Source of the DNA: Raillietiella orientalis
Taxonomy: Eukaryota
Direction: 5' to 3'
Assembly (NCBI GenBank): GCA_036172245.1
Contig: JAYWIR010000028.1
Coordinates: 1,302,001-1,366,000, forward strand
Length of the DNA stretch: 64,000 nt
Below the pieces are notes generated by a model. The model was not told the DNA's origin. It was given only the letters and a program-made list of their open reading frames with translations, and searched no databases. Below are positions 14,480 through 27,900 of this stretch, piece by piece. Every line of letters begins with the position of its first letter. Within the stretch, counting starts at the first letter, position 1. A program made the translations under genes and the position numbers.

Positions 14480-14960
14480 CCTCCTATTTTTTGTTGTCGC
14501 TACTGCCTCTTTCCTCACCCTTCGAGTGAGGGAACACCACTGAAAGAAGAGACAAGTTCTCCCGAGGAACCTCGTTTTTCGGCTTCCTGCGTCTCTTTCG
14601 GGACGGGCAGGACGTTCCCGGCCTACTTCGGGATCCCTCCTCGAAAGGACCTCCGATCGATAAGAGCAGCATCAATCTACTGCGGGAGCATCCTCAAGGA
14701 GCTGCTTCCCGTTTTCCAGAAGCAATTCCGCCCTCCTCCTCGTTCCCAGTCGAGACCGCCTAGCAAAGACCGTTTATCAGACCCCCCGCGTCACGTTTCC
14801 GGGTGCGTCTCGTCACGGCTAAGACGGAAACAGGAGTCCTGGAGTACGATGAATCCGAAGCCGAGTATCGAAACGACCTGTTTGCTCTCTGCTGCCACCT
14901 TGCCCGTGTCCGAATCCCTCGCCTCATCAACGAGTGGTTGAGCCAGTCTCTGCTCGTGTG
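14480..14960 (+). mobile_element. Possible LINE ORF2 C-terminal fragment
   Basis: TFPAYFGIPPRKDL (cf. FxYLGxxLxxxL) and AKTVYQTP. Weak. Confidence 0.22.
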
Positions 14961-16129
14961 CTCCCGTGCATTCTCGTTAAGGAGGACGGAATAGATGGGT
15001 GGAAGGAGGACTCCACAGGGGAGTCTCTTTGATCTCATGATCCCACTGTGAAGGCCAACCCACATGTGCAACGTGTGATTGAAGAGGTCACATCCTCAGC
15101 CTCTGCGGCGGATCTGGATTCTCTTCTCATTTGGGGAAAAGGGAGAGAGGGGAAAGAAAGGAGATGAAAAGGAAGGAGAAGGGAGGAGCGGCTTCGTCTC
15201 CTCGTTGGTGATAAAAAACGAAAAAAAAAAGGACAGGGAGGGCGCAGCACTCCTATTGTCTGATGACGCTCGCTCACCAGGCAGGAGGGGAGACCCGACC
15301 TTGTCGCGAAAGACTTTTCACGAGAGTAGGTGAGGAAATCCTGGCGACTGCACCGTGGGGGTACCTGAAAGGGTAGACCTCAGATGGCGAGGGACTCTGG
15401 AATGCATTCGGAAGAGAGCCGCGCTCTTCGCGGGAAGGTGGACGCCTGCCTGGATCGTCCTCCTTGTGGCCCACGACGCAGAACTCCCTGCTCATTGGTT
15501 CTTCGTGATAGGGTGGACGTGGTTGTCCGCCTGATTGTGGTGGTGCATGGTGAACGGCCGCCGAGTGTAGCCGCTAGCAGCAGCCTCACCCACAAAGCTG
15601 TGAGGAGTGAGCCTGCCACCTCACAAAGCGCGCGCGTGGAAGGACCCCTCCGCCACCATCCGTAGCCCCTTAGCTCGCCGAAGAGTGCTTAAGTGCCCGG
15701 ACTTGCATGCTACCTTCATGCTCCGCATACACTAAGCAACGCCGCTTTCTCTAGCCCCCCCACCGCCTCCTTGCCGTCACCGTTTTCTAGACCAAGGTTC
15801 TCGTGGCAACGACATCACTCCCACCGATCGTGCGATGGCGAATTGCTCCCTTGGCATCGGTCTCATCATCGCTGGTTGAACGCCAAATCGAGTGAAGATC
15901 ACGTGCATCAGGAAGTCATCACCAGAACACCTCTATGTCAGCAGTGTTACCCAACACTGCCGCCGCTCTGGCGGGCGCAACGTCGCCGACGACGCTCCGT
16001 GTCGGCGTCTCGGCGCCACAAGTGCTCGCGTGGCAACGCGACATAGCAAAACAATGGTCGCCTAAGAAACACCTCGTCATTAGCGAACGGTGCTTTTTCT
16101 TGGAGAAATGAATATTACCCTCCCTGCGA

Positions 16130-16228
16130 TAACAATGGTTACCACAGCAACAGAGGCATCGGTAACAATCGTTACTACAGCAACAGAGGCATTGGTAACA
16201 ATGGTTACTACAGCAACGACGACATTGC
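16130..16228. repeat. 33-bp minisatellite, 3 copies
   Basis: taacaatggttaccacagcaacagaggcatcgg / taacaatcgttactacagcaacagaggcattgg / taacaatggttactacagcaacgacgacattgc. Confidence 0.9.
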
Positions 16229-16598
16229 TGACAGTGGTCCAGTGGAATACCTTGGACGTTCTTCCACCTTTCATCTCTCACGTCATGGCTAATAATGATT
16301 GAGAGAGTCCCCTAGCGTGGCCATACGTGTGACCTTTTTACAACGATGTAAGATACGAACGCGTCTTCATTCTCAATGCTCGCTCAGAGGGAACATCACC
16401 GATGTCCCTGCCATCCATTGTCAAGAGCATCAGCGACGCCAGCAGCAGTATCCACGCGAGTTCCAGATGCGATAGAGGAACACTGCTGGCGCCGCCAAGT
16501 ACGCGCCCTGATCGTGGCCGTCGCCAAGGTTTTACCGGTGCTCCGGGAACAGCAAAAGAGGAGGATGGCTCTCGCAAGGACCCCGTGAAGATCCTTAC

Positions 16599-16992
16599 CA
16601 GACACGTCGTTCCGGAAGCTGTTGTCCAGGCCCTGGAGAACGGTCGAGGAGGAGGCGGGTATGGGCACGCTGGGCAGGAAGTTGAGGTAGGACATCCTGG
16701 AGCCCATGGCGAAGGTGTCCGCCGCCGCAAACGCATTGTGCGCCAGGAAGGGCCGGATCTGAGAGTAGGTTGATCCGCTCAGAGTCGGGCCGAAGTTCCT
16801 CGCGCTGGTCTGGGGGTTCAGGGAAGGAGGATTCAGCCCCAACAGCTGCTGTATGGCGAAGGGAGACCTCTGGGAGAATGCGGGAGTGGAAGGGAAGCTC
16901 CCGTAAGCGGAGGCGCCGCTTATCACGGAAGACATGATCGATAGGGGGTCCACGTCAGCAACAACCGGTCTCTCGGGCAACACCAGGTTCAT
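16599..16992 (-). CDS. Vsx: First coding exon of a Vsx/Chx10-like paired-class homeobox gene (N-terminus with eh1/octapeptide motif)
   Basis: ATG at 16990-16992. Translation MNLVLPERP...QRSPFAIQQLLGLN...GSRMSYLNFL...NDVS(G). RSPFAIQQLLGL (16834-16869) is an eh1/octapeptide FxIxxLL motif of the Vsx type, and SRMSYLN resembles the RMAYFN block I recall from arthropod Vsx. The exon ends at a canonical donor TG|GTAAGG (intron starts at 16598), giving 394 nt and phase 1. No homeodomain exon was found in 1-16598, so the family call rests on N-terminal motifs only. Confidence 0.72.
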
Positions 16993-16999
16993 GCCGTCA

Positions 17000-17860
17000 C
17001 GTGGCTGCCGGACGGCGGCGGTTCACACCACTTAGGATTTCGGGAGGCGCTCTGCTCTCGTTCCCGCCAGCGGTCCCATCTCTTCCCGGAGCGATCTGCA
17101 GCACTCACTGGAGTAGCGAGCCCTCGGGAGGCGAGGAGCGGGCAGTCTCCGAGAAAAGCCCCGCCCCCTTTCTCCGAGCAAGCACCAATGGCAGGCGGGC
17201 GCGCGTTCCGTGCAGGGTAGCGTCCGTCCCCGGAACGGCGGCGCGCGGCCATCGCGGCAGGCAGAATCTTCGCCTCGTCCTCCACGCTCCTCCGGCTTCT
17301 TTCTTCCCCACACCCGCCCCCGTATCCTCCAGAGAAGAGCAACATCTCGCATGGACCAAGCAGAGGAAGGCGGCAAGGGAGCGAGGAGGAAGGAGCTCTG
17401 GGATCAGCCACCTCCTCCAGGGAGGACCTCGCGTGAGAAAGGAAGCCACCGGCTGCTTTTCCCCCTTGTCTCGGCCTGGCTTCCTGGACTTCTTCCCCCT
17501 CCTGAACCTCCTTCGTTGGAGGAAAGCACAAGAGAGCTCCAGTACCCGTTTCCTCCTCTTCCTCCTCCCTCTTCCCAGAGTTTGAGAAGGGGGGAAAGGA
17601 GATGAGGGGGAGGGGAGTGGAAGCCGCCGTTGCTGCCCCGAAGGAGCGCAAGGAAGCCGCCAGCACTGGCAGCCGGGGAGAAGAACGGGAAGGAAATGAG
17701 AGGGAAAGCAAAGGGGTAGGAGGGAAGTAGGGGAAACAGGAACGCTTGGAAAGCACACAGCGCACGCGATGCGGGGAGAAAGAGGAAAAGGGAAGCACGC
17801 CATCCAGAGGATTCCGTCTTCCGGGGTGAAGCTGGCGACGCTACTGCGCTCCCTCCTTAA
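17000..17860 (-). promoter_or_regulatory. Probable 5' UTR/promoter region of the Vsx-like gene
   Basis: GC-rich sequence with polypurine/polypyrimidine tracts directly upstream of the ATG on the minus strand. Positional inference only; no TSS can be identified. Confidence 0.3.
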
Positions 17861-20729
17861 CGAGGAAACAGTGGGAGTAGTAGGAGGAAACAAACCCCCT
17901 CATGGGAGAAGGCTGCGTCCTTCGAAGCAGGAAATCTGATCAACGGGATGAGCGCCATCTTCCGCCCACATCTCCGAGGAACTAGTCCAAGCGAAAGGAA
18001 GAGTACGAAAGGAATAGTTGAGGACCAAAACGACGACATACCCTCCGTATAAAACCGAACCCTCAAGCGATCCCACTTCCACTTCTCACCCATCCAGTCA
18101 TAGGAATCTGAATCCCTGCATCCAGCCTCGCCTCAACCAACCAGACCAAATCCTCCGTCCTCCCCTAACCGAATGGCGGATACCTACGAAAGAACATTAG
18201 CATACAACACGGAGACGGCGAACGAAGGACCACAACTGACCACGCAGACTACTCCATCCATCCAAAATTTTTCCTTTCCCATGATGCCCGCCCGCACTGC
18301 ACATTGCCCGGCAACGCACTCAGCTAAGACCTCGGTTCCTTTGTGCAATTCTTCATGCGATCAGCGCCCCGGCGTGACCGAGCAACCACAACGGACATTC
18401 CTCCAGAGAAACACCACGCACATTGAAGTAGATTCGCGTGCCGCCAAGTAGCCAAGGCGACCGTTTCCCGGAGGGGCGGCGAAACGGTCCTCCTCCACGG
18501 ACAGCATTCTCACCCCGATCACAGCTGCGATCCGTCTGCATCGCAAAGACCCTCTTCTGTTGAATCGATCCATCTACACACGCACCACACCGAAACGAAC
18601 ATGCAGCCTCCTGGTCTCCACAGAAACCCCATCGGCAACACGGCAATGCGACCTCCTTGTCCCGTCCACTGTCTCGCTACACGCGACAGCGAAGCAGCCT
18701 CCCCCCCTCCTTGGACACAATCGCCAAAGGAGAGGTCATTTTCCACACGAAAAGCTTCCTACCCTCGGGGGGAAGATGGCGCGCGTCGCACGGATGGCAC
18801 AGCCTGGTGCTGCTTGCAAGCAAGCAGTCGCGCCTCCTCATCGGGACGAAGAGGTCTCTGGAGTCTGCCCAAAAGGCGGAGGCAACTCCCCACACCCGCC
18901 GATCCACCGCCGGAAAGGGGCAAGAAAGGAAAGCTACGAAAAAGCCCGCCGACAGCCACGATCATTCCCCTGACTCGGAGGCGAGCGCGGGCGCATCCCA
19001 GCATCCCAGCATGGGGAGCGTCCTCCCGAGAGGGGCCAAGGAACCGTGGCAACCGCCGTTGCAGGGCACCGTCCGGGGCGAAGGTCTTCCCCTTCAATGG
19101 CGAAAACAACGCCGCACGGCACCGGAAAATCAACCGGGAGTGGGCGTGCCGCGGAGGGCATCGCTGCGAGAAAGCCACCGAGGCGAAGGGCGACAGGGAG
19201 AATTCGGGAAAGTCCGAAACCTATCGCATCCCGGAAGGAAACCCAGGAGGAAGAGGGGAAGGAGCAAAAGCACAACGCAACCTCCTCTGTGCTCGCCCGC
19301 GTGCGGGACCGCGTCGGTAATACCTGGCCGGGAGGCAGGAGGGCGCAGGGGTCGGATCACGAAATGACAAGAGGGCCGACCTCTCGCGCACCCATTCTCC
19401 AATCCCTGCAAGGGAGAACGCGACCAGCACTCCGCGCCGCCCCTGGCGCCACTCGACGCCCCCGGAGAGAGGAGCAGCACCAGGAGTATCTCGAGCACCA
19501 GCGTGGAAGCAGTGGCACAACGCCGCGGGGTGCGCGCGCAAACAGCCTGCGGGGGCGCAACCACACGCGGCCGTGGCCATAAACGCGACCTTCTTTTTGG
19601 GAGCTGAGGTCACCGAACAGCGAGACCGCGGCCGGTCCGCATGCAAACGGACCAACACCTACGCCGACTGGCCCTCGCACCACCCGGAAAGAAAGAACGA
19701 AGCCCTTCTGGGTGCTCACATGGTGGTCACCCTGTACCCGCGGGCATCCCAGATGGCATTCCCGACGTGAAGCGCATCGTAAACCCTCCGCAGCCTTGAT
19801 CGTCCCCGTCCCTTCCCGACAGACAAACGTCCCCTGCCCCTCAGACCCGCGGAGTACCTGCCGACCCAATTGTTCGCCTCGGAAACGCGCCTCCGAGGGC
19901 GCCGTCGCGTCCCGGGCGCGGAGGTCCTGCTGCAGCTCCCCTGCCTTACGCGGCTGTCCGCGGAACACCTCGCCCGCGCAGGTCGCACGCGCCAAGCGAA
20001 AGAGGCGCCACTTCCGAGCCTGCACTCGGGTCGAGGCAGGCCGACCGAGATCGGCCCATGCGCAAGAGGGAAGCGAGGCGAGCACGCGAGAAAAAGGAGA
20101 CGACTGGATGGGCGCAATCTGTGCAGACGCCTCCGTGACGGGCGCGTGCGCACGGAGAAGACGGGCAGGCGAGCGGCGCCCCACGGCGCTGCTGGAGTCG
20201 AACGAGCAGGAGAACGGAGGCGGCCGGAAGCACCACCACCACCACGAAAACAGCCGACGGGACGAAGATAAGCGCGCCTCCGCATTCCCGCCCGCTCGCC
20301 CAGCAGAAGAGGAGAGACCGAAGACCAGGAGCAGCGTTCCCGAGCCTCTCCAGGACGGTCCCGTCCCATCCGTTCATTGTCCTGACGCTTCCCCGATTCC
20401 CCCCTCCCCTCTCCCGTCGTCCCTCCATTCATCCCTCCGAGATGAGCTCGCAGATACACGCCGCACAACTAGACGCGACGGGCGTAGGTGCCCATTGTCT
20501 GGCCCCGTGCCTTTGTTGCCCAATTCGAGGTCGGCGCCGGGGGACGACCGTCGACTCGCACAAAGGCGGTGCTCTGCGCGCAGTCCAATCGCTCGCGCGC
20601 GGAAGGAGGGGCGACCGACCTGCCAGCGCCCCGCTCCAACCGCTGGCGGACGAGGATGCGCGGCGCTCGAAAAGGCGCCGCGTGCCCGCAAGAAACGCCC
20701 GCGGCCAGCATCGAAGACGGCGGCGCCAG

Positions 20730-20870
20730 GCGCCAGGCTGCGGAGTTCAGCGAGAGCTCCTGGTCTCCCCCTGGCTCTACTTCTCTCTCCATCGAGCGCC
20801 CAGGGCGCCGTTTTTTCTCTGAAAGCGTCGAAAACGCACGCGGATCGCACCCCGGGAGAAAGGTTCGGCG
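20730..20870 (+). mobile_element. APE endonuclease-like LINE fragment (mirror at about 62445-62585, minus strand)
   Basis: FSESSWSPPGSTSLSIERPGRRFFSESVENARG resembles SETWLxP...PGYxFF...RGGG. Confidence 0.35.
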
Positions 20871-21899
20871 CGCCAATCCAGCCAGCGGGATGACACGCAG
20901 CAACGGGCGTTTTCGACCAAGTCTGCGTGTGCAGCCGCGCTTCGAGGAGCGCACCCGGCGTACAGAAGCTGACGGGAAGGCGGCAAGCGAACGTGCGCAC
21001 GCACGGGAGGAAAGGGCGCACGCGTCCCCCTTCCTCCCGCTCGCCGGGAGCTCTCGGGAGCAGTTGCTTGCACTCAAGAGCGCGCCGGTGCACTTCGCGA
21101 ACGCTCGCGCAGGCGCAGGCCGCCGCCAGCCGACCGCTTCCAGTGGCCGTGGGAGTGCGACCTCCGCTGCGCTTCTCTTCGCCCGCCAAACAATGGGCGT
21201 CGCCGACCGCGATCGGCGCGCTTGTCAGGCGCATCGCCCGACAAGAGTGGTCCGGCTGTCAGCGCAGACAATCCGCTGCTCCAGAGCTATCTGACGAGCA
21301 CCGCACGTCCGCTCATTATCTGCACTCGTTAGCGGGGGCGCCGCTGCCTGCCTGACTCGGCAGAATCCTCGCCCGCCTGCAAGGACCCGCAAGGTCACCG
21401 CGAGCGGCGACCACCTCGGCCTCCGGCCCGGACTTCGGACAAGCACGGCCTCAAAGGTCGCGCCGCCTCCCCTGCCAACCCTTCCTCCGCACGGAGGAGC
21501 ACAACCGCCGCCGCTCGGCGTCCGCAACCAAGCGAGCTCCGTCTGCGTCACGGCAGTCGCGAGCGCCATCAGACAGCGCGCTGCTCCTCCAGCTGGCGCC
21601 GTCTGAGACCACCCCTTCCATCGAACGGAAGATCCGCTCAAACGCAGACGGCCCTTCCGGAGTGTCTCCGACGCGTCCTCGGTCGCGCGGGCCAACCACT
21701 CCCTCCGACGAGCGGGCACGCCGTTACCGCAACGGCCGTTGGCGCGCCCTCCGCGTGCCTGCCCATGCCGAGCGCGGCGTACTCGACGCCTGTCCGCAGG
21801 AAGCCCTTCCGCGGCGAAAGACTGAAGGACGCATGCGCTGCGCCGGGGGTCGGCACCCAACGCGCGCACCCCTTCTTCCGTGCTCCGCCTACAGTCCTC

Positions 21900-24700
21900 G
21901 TGCGGTATGGCATCCTCGAAAAGTCGCATCCTCCGATCGCTCTCGCGGGCACGATCCTCACCAGACGGGTCGACTCGGGAGTCGCCGTCACCTTGGCAGG
22001 TGCCACTCGCGACCTCGGCGATCGTACGCCCTCAATCAATATTCCCGGCTTCCTGGAAACGCGGCAGCTATTCCTGCAGATCCGCCTGTCCGATCCAGCC
22101 TCCGGGCTTCCGCCTAAAGCGGCATCCAAACCAGCGGCGCGGAGGTGGACTTCCCGCGTACCATGCAAGGCCGTCGTCTTCCGGCGGTCGCCGCACCTGA
22201 AAAAAGAGCACCCTCTGGTGCTCGATGGACGCTGGGAAGCAAACACTCAAGGATCGGGAAAAACGCGTGACGGCGGCTTTCGGACGTCGGATGATCTTTC
22301 GGAGAATTCCACCTCGGGCGTCCTTGCCGGAGACGAAAGACGGAAGACGCGTTCGGACACCCCAACTCCCGTGTCGCACCAGCGTGCTGGCGGCTGTGAG
22401 CGAGGGCGATCTCGGAACCAGCACGCCTTGCATCCTTCGTCATCCTTCCTGTAGATTCCCTCTTCAAGCTTGAATCGGCGAGGAATCCCAGGCAGGAAAA
22501 GGGCAAGGAGTTTACGGCTGGTCATCGGTCCACAATTTGACTACTCCTGATCGTCGAGACTGGAGTGGGGGGAGGCTTTAGAGTTTCTCCAGAACGGACG
22601 CTCTTCGAAATCGTGCCTTCCTTTTCGACGAAAGTCACCTCTCCTGTCGTCTCTCGGCTGCCGCGCGTCCTGTTGCTCTCCCAAGGTACTCAGAACGCAC
22701 AACCAGATGCCAACGCCTTTCGGGAGTCGAGAGGGTGGAGCCAGCCTCTCCCTCTGTACCTGAACCGTTACCGAGAACGCAGCCGAGGAAATGAGCCATC
22801 CCTCGCTTCCTCCTGCTCCCGCCTTCGCTCCGAACTCGCTCTGCGGACGGGTTGGCCCAATGCTCCCGATGTTTCCACGCGTCCTCCGTGCTCTCCACCT
22901 CGGCCGTCGCGGTAGCTCGTCTCCTCCGCTTCCTCCGCTGCCGCGGTGCTGCTGGTGGGCGACTCCTTGGAGTGCATTCCCTCTTACTTATCTCCCACAG
23001 ACACCACGAGCATCGTCGTCACCCATGGACGACAACGGAAGGTACAAGGAGAGCGGTTGCAATGCAGAAGAGTTCGCAGTGGCTGGGCGCACGGTCGCAC
23101 GCGTGCGGCTGGCTCGGCGCTCGGTTCCCTGGAGTCACCAGCCACCCCACTGGTCGCCTCGAGGGAGGCCTCCGCTCTTGCGGACTCTACTGATGACGAT
23201 CTTCAGGAAGGACCGAAGAACTTCGCTCCCAAGCAGTGGGGAACGCATGGGTGCGTCCCAAGACTTGGGCTGCTCGGCCTCGTGGCCGCCGGCGAAGTGC
23301 TGGCAACTATGCTTTCGCGCAGCCGCTTGACCAACGAACACTCATGCACGTTTGCATCCCCACTTCGGTGCGTGACTTTCGCGAGACGACACGGTCCGTG
23401 GACCTCCTGGTGCCTGCCGGTCAACTCCAACACCTGGCGGCTGCAGACAGTGAACACCAGAATGCAAGTCACCGAGGACCCCACGAAAATCGTCGCCGGC
23501 GGCCAACCGAGGAAATCGGGCCGCATCAACGTCGAAAGGACGGTGGAAGAAATGAAAAAGTGGCTCCCTGAGGCAGCGATGTCCCCCGTTTCGGAACAGC
23601 GTGGCACCTGCCCAGCTGCGAGGTAGGAGGACTTCGTCGAACGGGAGAAGAGGGAGAAGGGTCCCTTGGTGGCAGCTCCTTGCACCACCTGGTCGACGAA
23701 GCAGACTCACCTGGTGCTCCATCCGAAGAACCTGCTCGCTGGCAGCGCCTCCCGAAAATTCCGAAGGAACAAACACGTACGTGAAGATCCCGAAATCCTC
23801 TTCCGCACCCTCCGGGGGAAGGCGCCAACAGTGACGGCGAATACAGCCCCGGCGCCGAAGAGGGAATCGAAAGCAAGGAAGCGAGCGAGCATTTGCACGT
23901 CGATTCTCACGTGCAGGCGTCGAGCCTCCTTCGCAACCGGTCCGCGCATGCTGATGAGTGCAGAGACCACGTGGGGACGCAGAGGCGGCCGTCGGTAGAA
24001 ACGCGCGTGGACACTCGCATCTCGCGGACGGTTACCGGGACGCGCCAGGGAAGGCGTGAGAGCGCCGGAGGATCGGTGAGCCTGCAAGCCCGTGCAATAG
24101 GACTGTCCCGCAAGAAACCGAACGCTGCGGGAAGAAAGGGAACGCCAAGGGCGAAAGAGGGAGGACGACAGGCAGTGAACGGCACCCCCTCCCTCCTCAT
24201 TCTCGACAGATTCGGATGGCATCTCTGCGGGCGATCCACTCCTCGCGACGTCGCTGCTGTCGAGGCTATGCCGGCGCGCATGCCCAGCACACATGGCGCG
24301 CCGCTAGAGGACTGCACACTCTTTCCCTCGTGCCCGCGGGGCGATGGCGGCTGCAGGCGCTTTCCACCCCGTTGCCCTGTACCATGCTCTCCACCAGCTG
24401 GCGTACATTCGACAAGCGTGCGCCCTATAGCATCCGAGGGTGCCATCCAGGAAGACCGCTGCGTGTTTGTAGGACAATCCCGCCTGCTCCGAGACGACTG
24501 CAGCTCGGTGAACGGAGCGTCACGCCGTCGACGTCCCTTACACGAACGAACGGCGCCCGCACACTTGCCCGGCTCCACGGCCCACCGGCTGGAAGAAACA
24601 CTTTCCCTTCAGCTCCATTCCCGCTCCTGCGTGCACATCCTCCACTTTGACGGGGTTTGAGATGATGTCGTGCGCTCCTGAGGCGGCTTCCCAGGGGAGC
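21900..24700 (+). mobile_element. GC-shifted Ty3/Gypsy pol relic (protease-RT-RNase H-integrase N-terminus), left-arm copy
   Basis: Protease VDSGVAVTL (21969) with downstream PLVLDGRW (cf. PLILGxDW). RT IVPSFSTKVTSPVV (SPVV at 22640), QPLP and MDD (23025-23033). Connection ASPLR...WTSWC (23354-23413) and DPTK. RNase H-like ERE and HPKNL. Integrase N-terminal-like DRFGW (24205-24219). The PR-RT-RH-IN order is that of Ty3/Gypsy. No LTRs recognised. Confidence 0.68.
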
Positions 24701-24949
24701 AAAGCGGCGTGCCGTGACACTTGCACACCATCCCCCTCACGGAGAAGGCGACCCTGCGTTTCGCCAGAAAAAGGTGCGCTCGCGGAGCCGTCAGCATCCG
24801 ATGGATGACGCTGTCCCACCTCGCCGCCTTGCGCAAGTGTTCGTCGCCCGTCTTCCCACTTTCGCCACAGACGAGCGCGGAGCGGTTCCTTGCGGGACGT
24901 TCGTCCGCGCATTCGGCGCGCGTCTTTTCCTCTTCCCGTCGCTCCGTCA

Positions 24950-27900
24950 TTCAGCGCGCAAACGCCGCCCAGCGAGAGGGTGTTGCAAGTGGACCGTGGC
25001 CTTTCCGCGCAAAGCGACCACCTCCCGCCCTCTCTGCGCCAGCATCCGCGGCATCCCCCTCTCGTCCAGAGGCAGACGTGGGAAGACGAGACGGATCAAA
25101 GGGCGCGCGCATCGTCCCGGACCGGGAGCAGCGGTCGGGAAGGCAGCCAGCGTTCCCGGTGGGCAGGCGTAAACTTGGGGTGCTGCCCGTTCGTGCGTGC
25201 CGCCCCATCGCCCTCCACTAGTCCGACGCGCTCGCGGTGCGGCGCGCCTCATTTATTCGCGTGAGTTGCGATTTCTCGCGTGTGACCGAGCGCCCCTCCA
25301 GAATGCGCACGCAACGCCAGCAGCGTACGCGGAGGAGCCGCACGAAGGCCGCGCGCTCCCTCACGGATGAGCGGGCGCAACCCTTCCGAAGATGGGACGG
25401 CACTTGACTCGCTCGTGGGCACGCGCCCTTCGACTGTAGTCGCATCGCGGTCCACACGCAGGAGAAATACCTTCCCGCGGGATGAGTCCGCACGTGGATG
25501 CAACCTTCGACGACCCAAACGCCACCGACACAGCTGCCCTCCGAAACACCGCAAATCGCTGGCACTCGCGTGGAGGGAACGCACGACCACCATCCGGGTG
25601 TGCAGCGGGAACGCTTGCGCGGTGGCTCTATCCGTTGAGGAGGTCTTCCGCCATGAGGCAGCGCGTTTCGAGTGCGAGCGCGAGGGTGGGAGAAGGAGGG
25701 GTCCGCCTAAGAAGGGTCGCCCCCAGCATGTATGGCGGCGATTGCAACCGCAACGCAAGGCCGAATGGGGAATGGAAAGCCGCCAGCGCGGCAAGTGGAC
25801 GAAGCTGCCGCCACGAGGGCCTCCCTATCGCGCTGTCCGCCTACTCGTGGGGAAGGCGAACAGTCCGTTCCCCGCCCACTCCTCTCCTTTCGCGTTCAAG
25901 TGCGTGCGCCCCTCCAAAACGAAGCGAAAGGGGCAAGATGCCCCTGATTGCTCCTCGCGCTCAGGCAACATGGCGGGAGGCAGCCGTCGCTCCTCGCCCT
26001 TCCTGCGCGGAAAGGCCCGTCATCTTGAGAATGCGCACATTCGGGACGCGGCCCCTGCGTGGGCCCGAAATGTCCGCCAATGCAGGCGGACGAACCTCTC
26101 CGGCAGGGAGGAAGGCGGGCACACAGCTTGGCCCTACGCCAGCGACAAAGGTTAACGGCGACTTGCTCGATGCGCAACGACGCCCACGGTGGAGCTGCGC
26201 AGCGTGATGTCACTACGACTGCCGTAGATCGACACCCCCACCGGCGTGGAGACCCGACAATTCGCGTGTCCGCGAGCTCCCCGACTGCACGCCCTGGGGA
26301 AGATCCCCCTTACGAGACAGAGAGGAGATGCGGCTCCCCTTCGGCTGCGAGGAGTCGCGCAGTCGCGTCCCGCCCGGTAGACGCGCTCCGGTTTCCCGGG
26401 GGATCCGAGAAGAGCATGCCCACACGCTGCTTGAAACACGACAACGCGTGAGCAGACATCGCCGCTGGGCATCCTTCGCTACCAGCGGGGGCGCCTTTCC
26501 TGTTCGGCAGTCCCGCGCTGCCGCTCGTGTGCGCTGCTCCCCTTCACCGTGCACACTTCTTCGGAAGAGCCTTCGGAAAGGGGGCACTCCCACGCTCGGC
26601 TTCGGGTTTGGGAGACGCGTGCTTCCCAGGACGAGGGAGTTCCTGGAAAAACCACATGCGCTGAATAAGCTGGCGAAGGAGAAAGAACGGGTGGGCCACG
26701 CCCCGCTCAGTTTCCCCCCTCTCCGCCTTCCCTTCCCGACACTGCAAAGAGATACCCTATCCCCTGCGCACGAAAAGCAGCCCACAAACTAACCACGGGT
26801 AGTCCCAAAAAGGGATGACGATGTCCACCACAGAGGCGTGGGTCTTCCTGGAGTCGCACGGTTTGTTCGCACGCTCGCTCGCCCGTTCCCCTGCTCGGAC
26901 GACTCGCGGCTCGTGGTCGCGACTGCCACAAGCGCACGAGCGCAAGCGTCAAGTTGTCCGTCGGCAAAAGGCGCAGCGCGAGAGGGTTTCCAGGGGAACG
27001 TGTGCGATCTCTCGCCTCGGACCCCCCGCCGGAAGCACGCGTCTTCCCGTCGTAGCGACGGCTGCACGCGCTGCGACGCGCGCAACGGCGCGCTTGCCGC
27101 TCTTCGCCCAAGCCAAACGCGCGCGCCAAGCTGCCCTTCCAGGCAAGTCCGCACGCGCCTGCGCAGCGGTGCTGCGCCCGCGAGCTTCCTCGGAACGGCG
27201 CCTCACCGTCACGCGCGCACGTGCAGGCCGAGGAGGCAACGCCACGGTAGGGCACGCAACTCGGACGCGCGTGCGTGCGGCCATAAGTGCATGAGTGCAG
27301 TGCAACGGCGTCGACGACGACCGTTCCCAGCGTATCCTGGGAACGGAAAATGCGGAAAACGGAACCGACAAACGCATGCGTAAAACTTGTGCACTTCTCG
27401 CGCGCACGCGCGTGCGCGAAAGACGGGCTTTTGCGTTGCCAGGCTTGCGCACGGATTGTCGGTTGCCGCCGCTCGGGAACAGGCTCCGAAGAGCGCGTTC
27501 CCGGTCTCCCGCCGGCCTAGGAGGAAACGCGCACGTTTCCGGCGGGGGCAGCTTCAGGCCAGCGGGGCGAGGGAAAGCGCGCTGGGATGACCGCTGCCGC
27601 CGGCGAGAGCGCGCGTCTCCGGACGGTGCTCGAGCAGCCCCAGAGGCACCCGTCCGCCAGTAGGCGGGAAGTTGTGTTGTTGGGGACGCAGCACAGGGCA
27701 GTCGGCGCGAGAGGTGTCGCGATTGTTCCGGGAGACCCCCGCCAGGGTCGCCTCGACAATATTTTGACAGCCTGCGGGCGGCCCATTGTGTTTCTGTCCC
27801 CGCCCGAAATCGGGGCGGCCCATTGTGAGGCAGCCGACTCGCGTTGCAGATCCCGCGTGAAAAGCATCGCACCACTTTGGCGACCGCCGACGGCGACCCG

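Noticed and set aside
16396..16598. Continuation of the Vsx ORF to the stop at 16396
   Set aside because: A strong GTAAG donor lies at 16598 and protein-like character is lost afterwards, so it is treated as intron read-through.
19100..19140. P-loop-like TPHGTGKST (also NTQGSGKT near 22240-22265)
   Set aside because: Isolated matches without a preceding hydrophobic strand or Walker B. The second lies in the Gypsy protease-RT linker.
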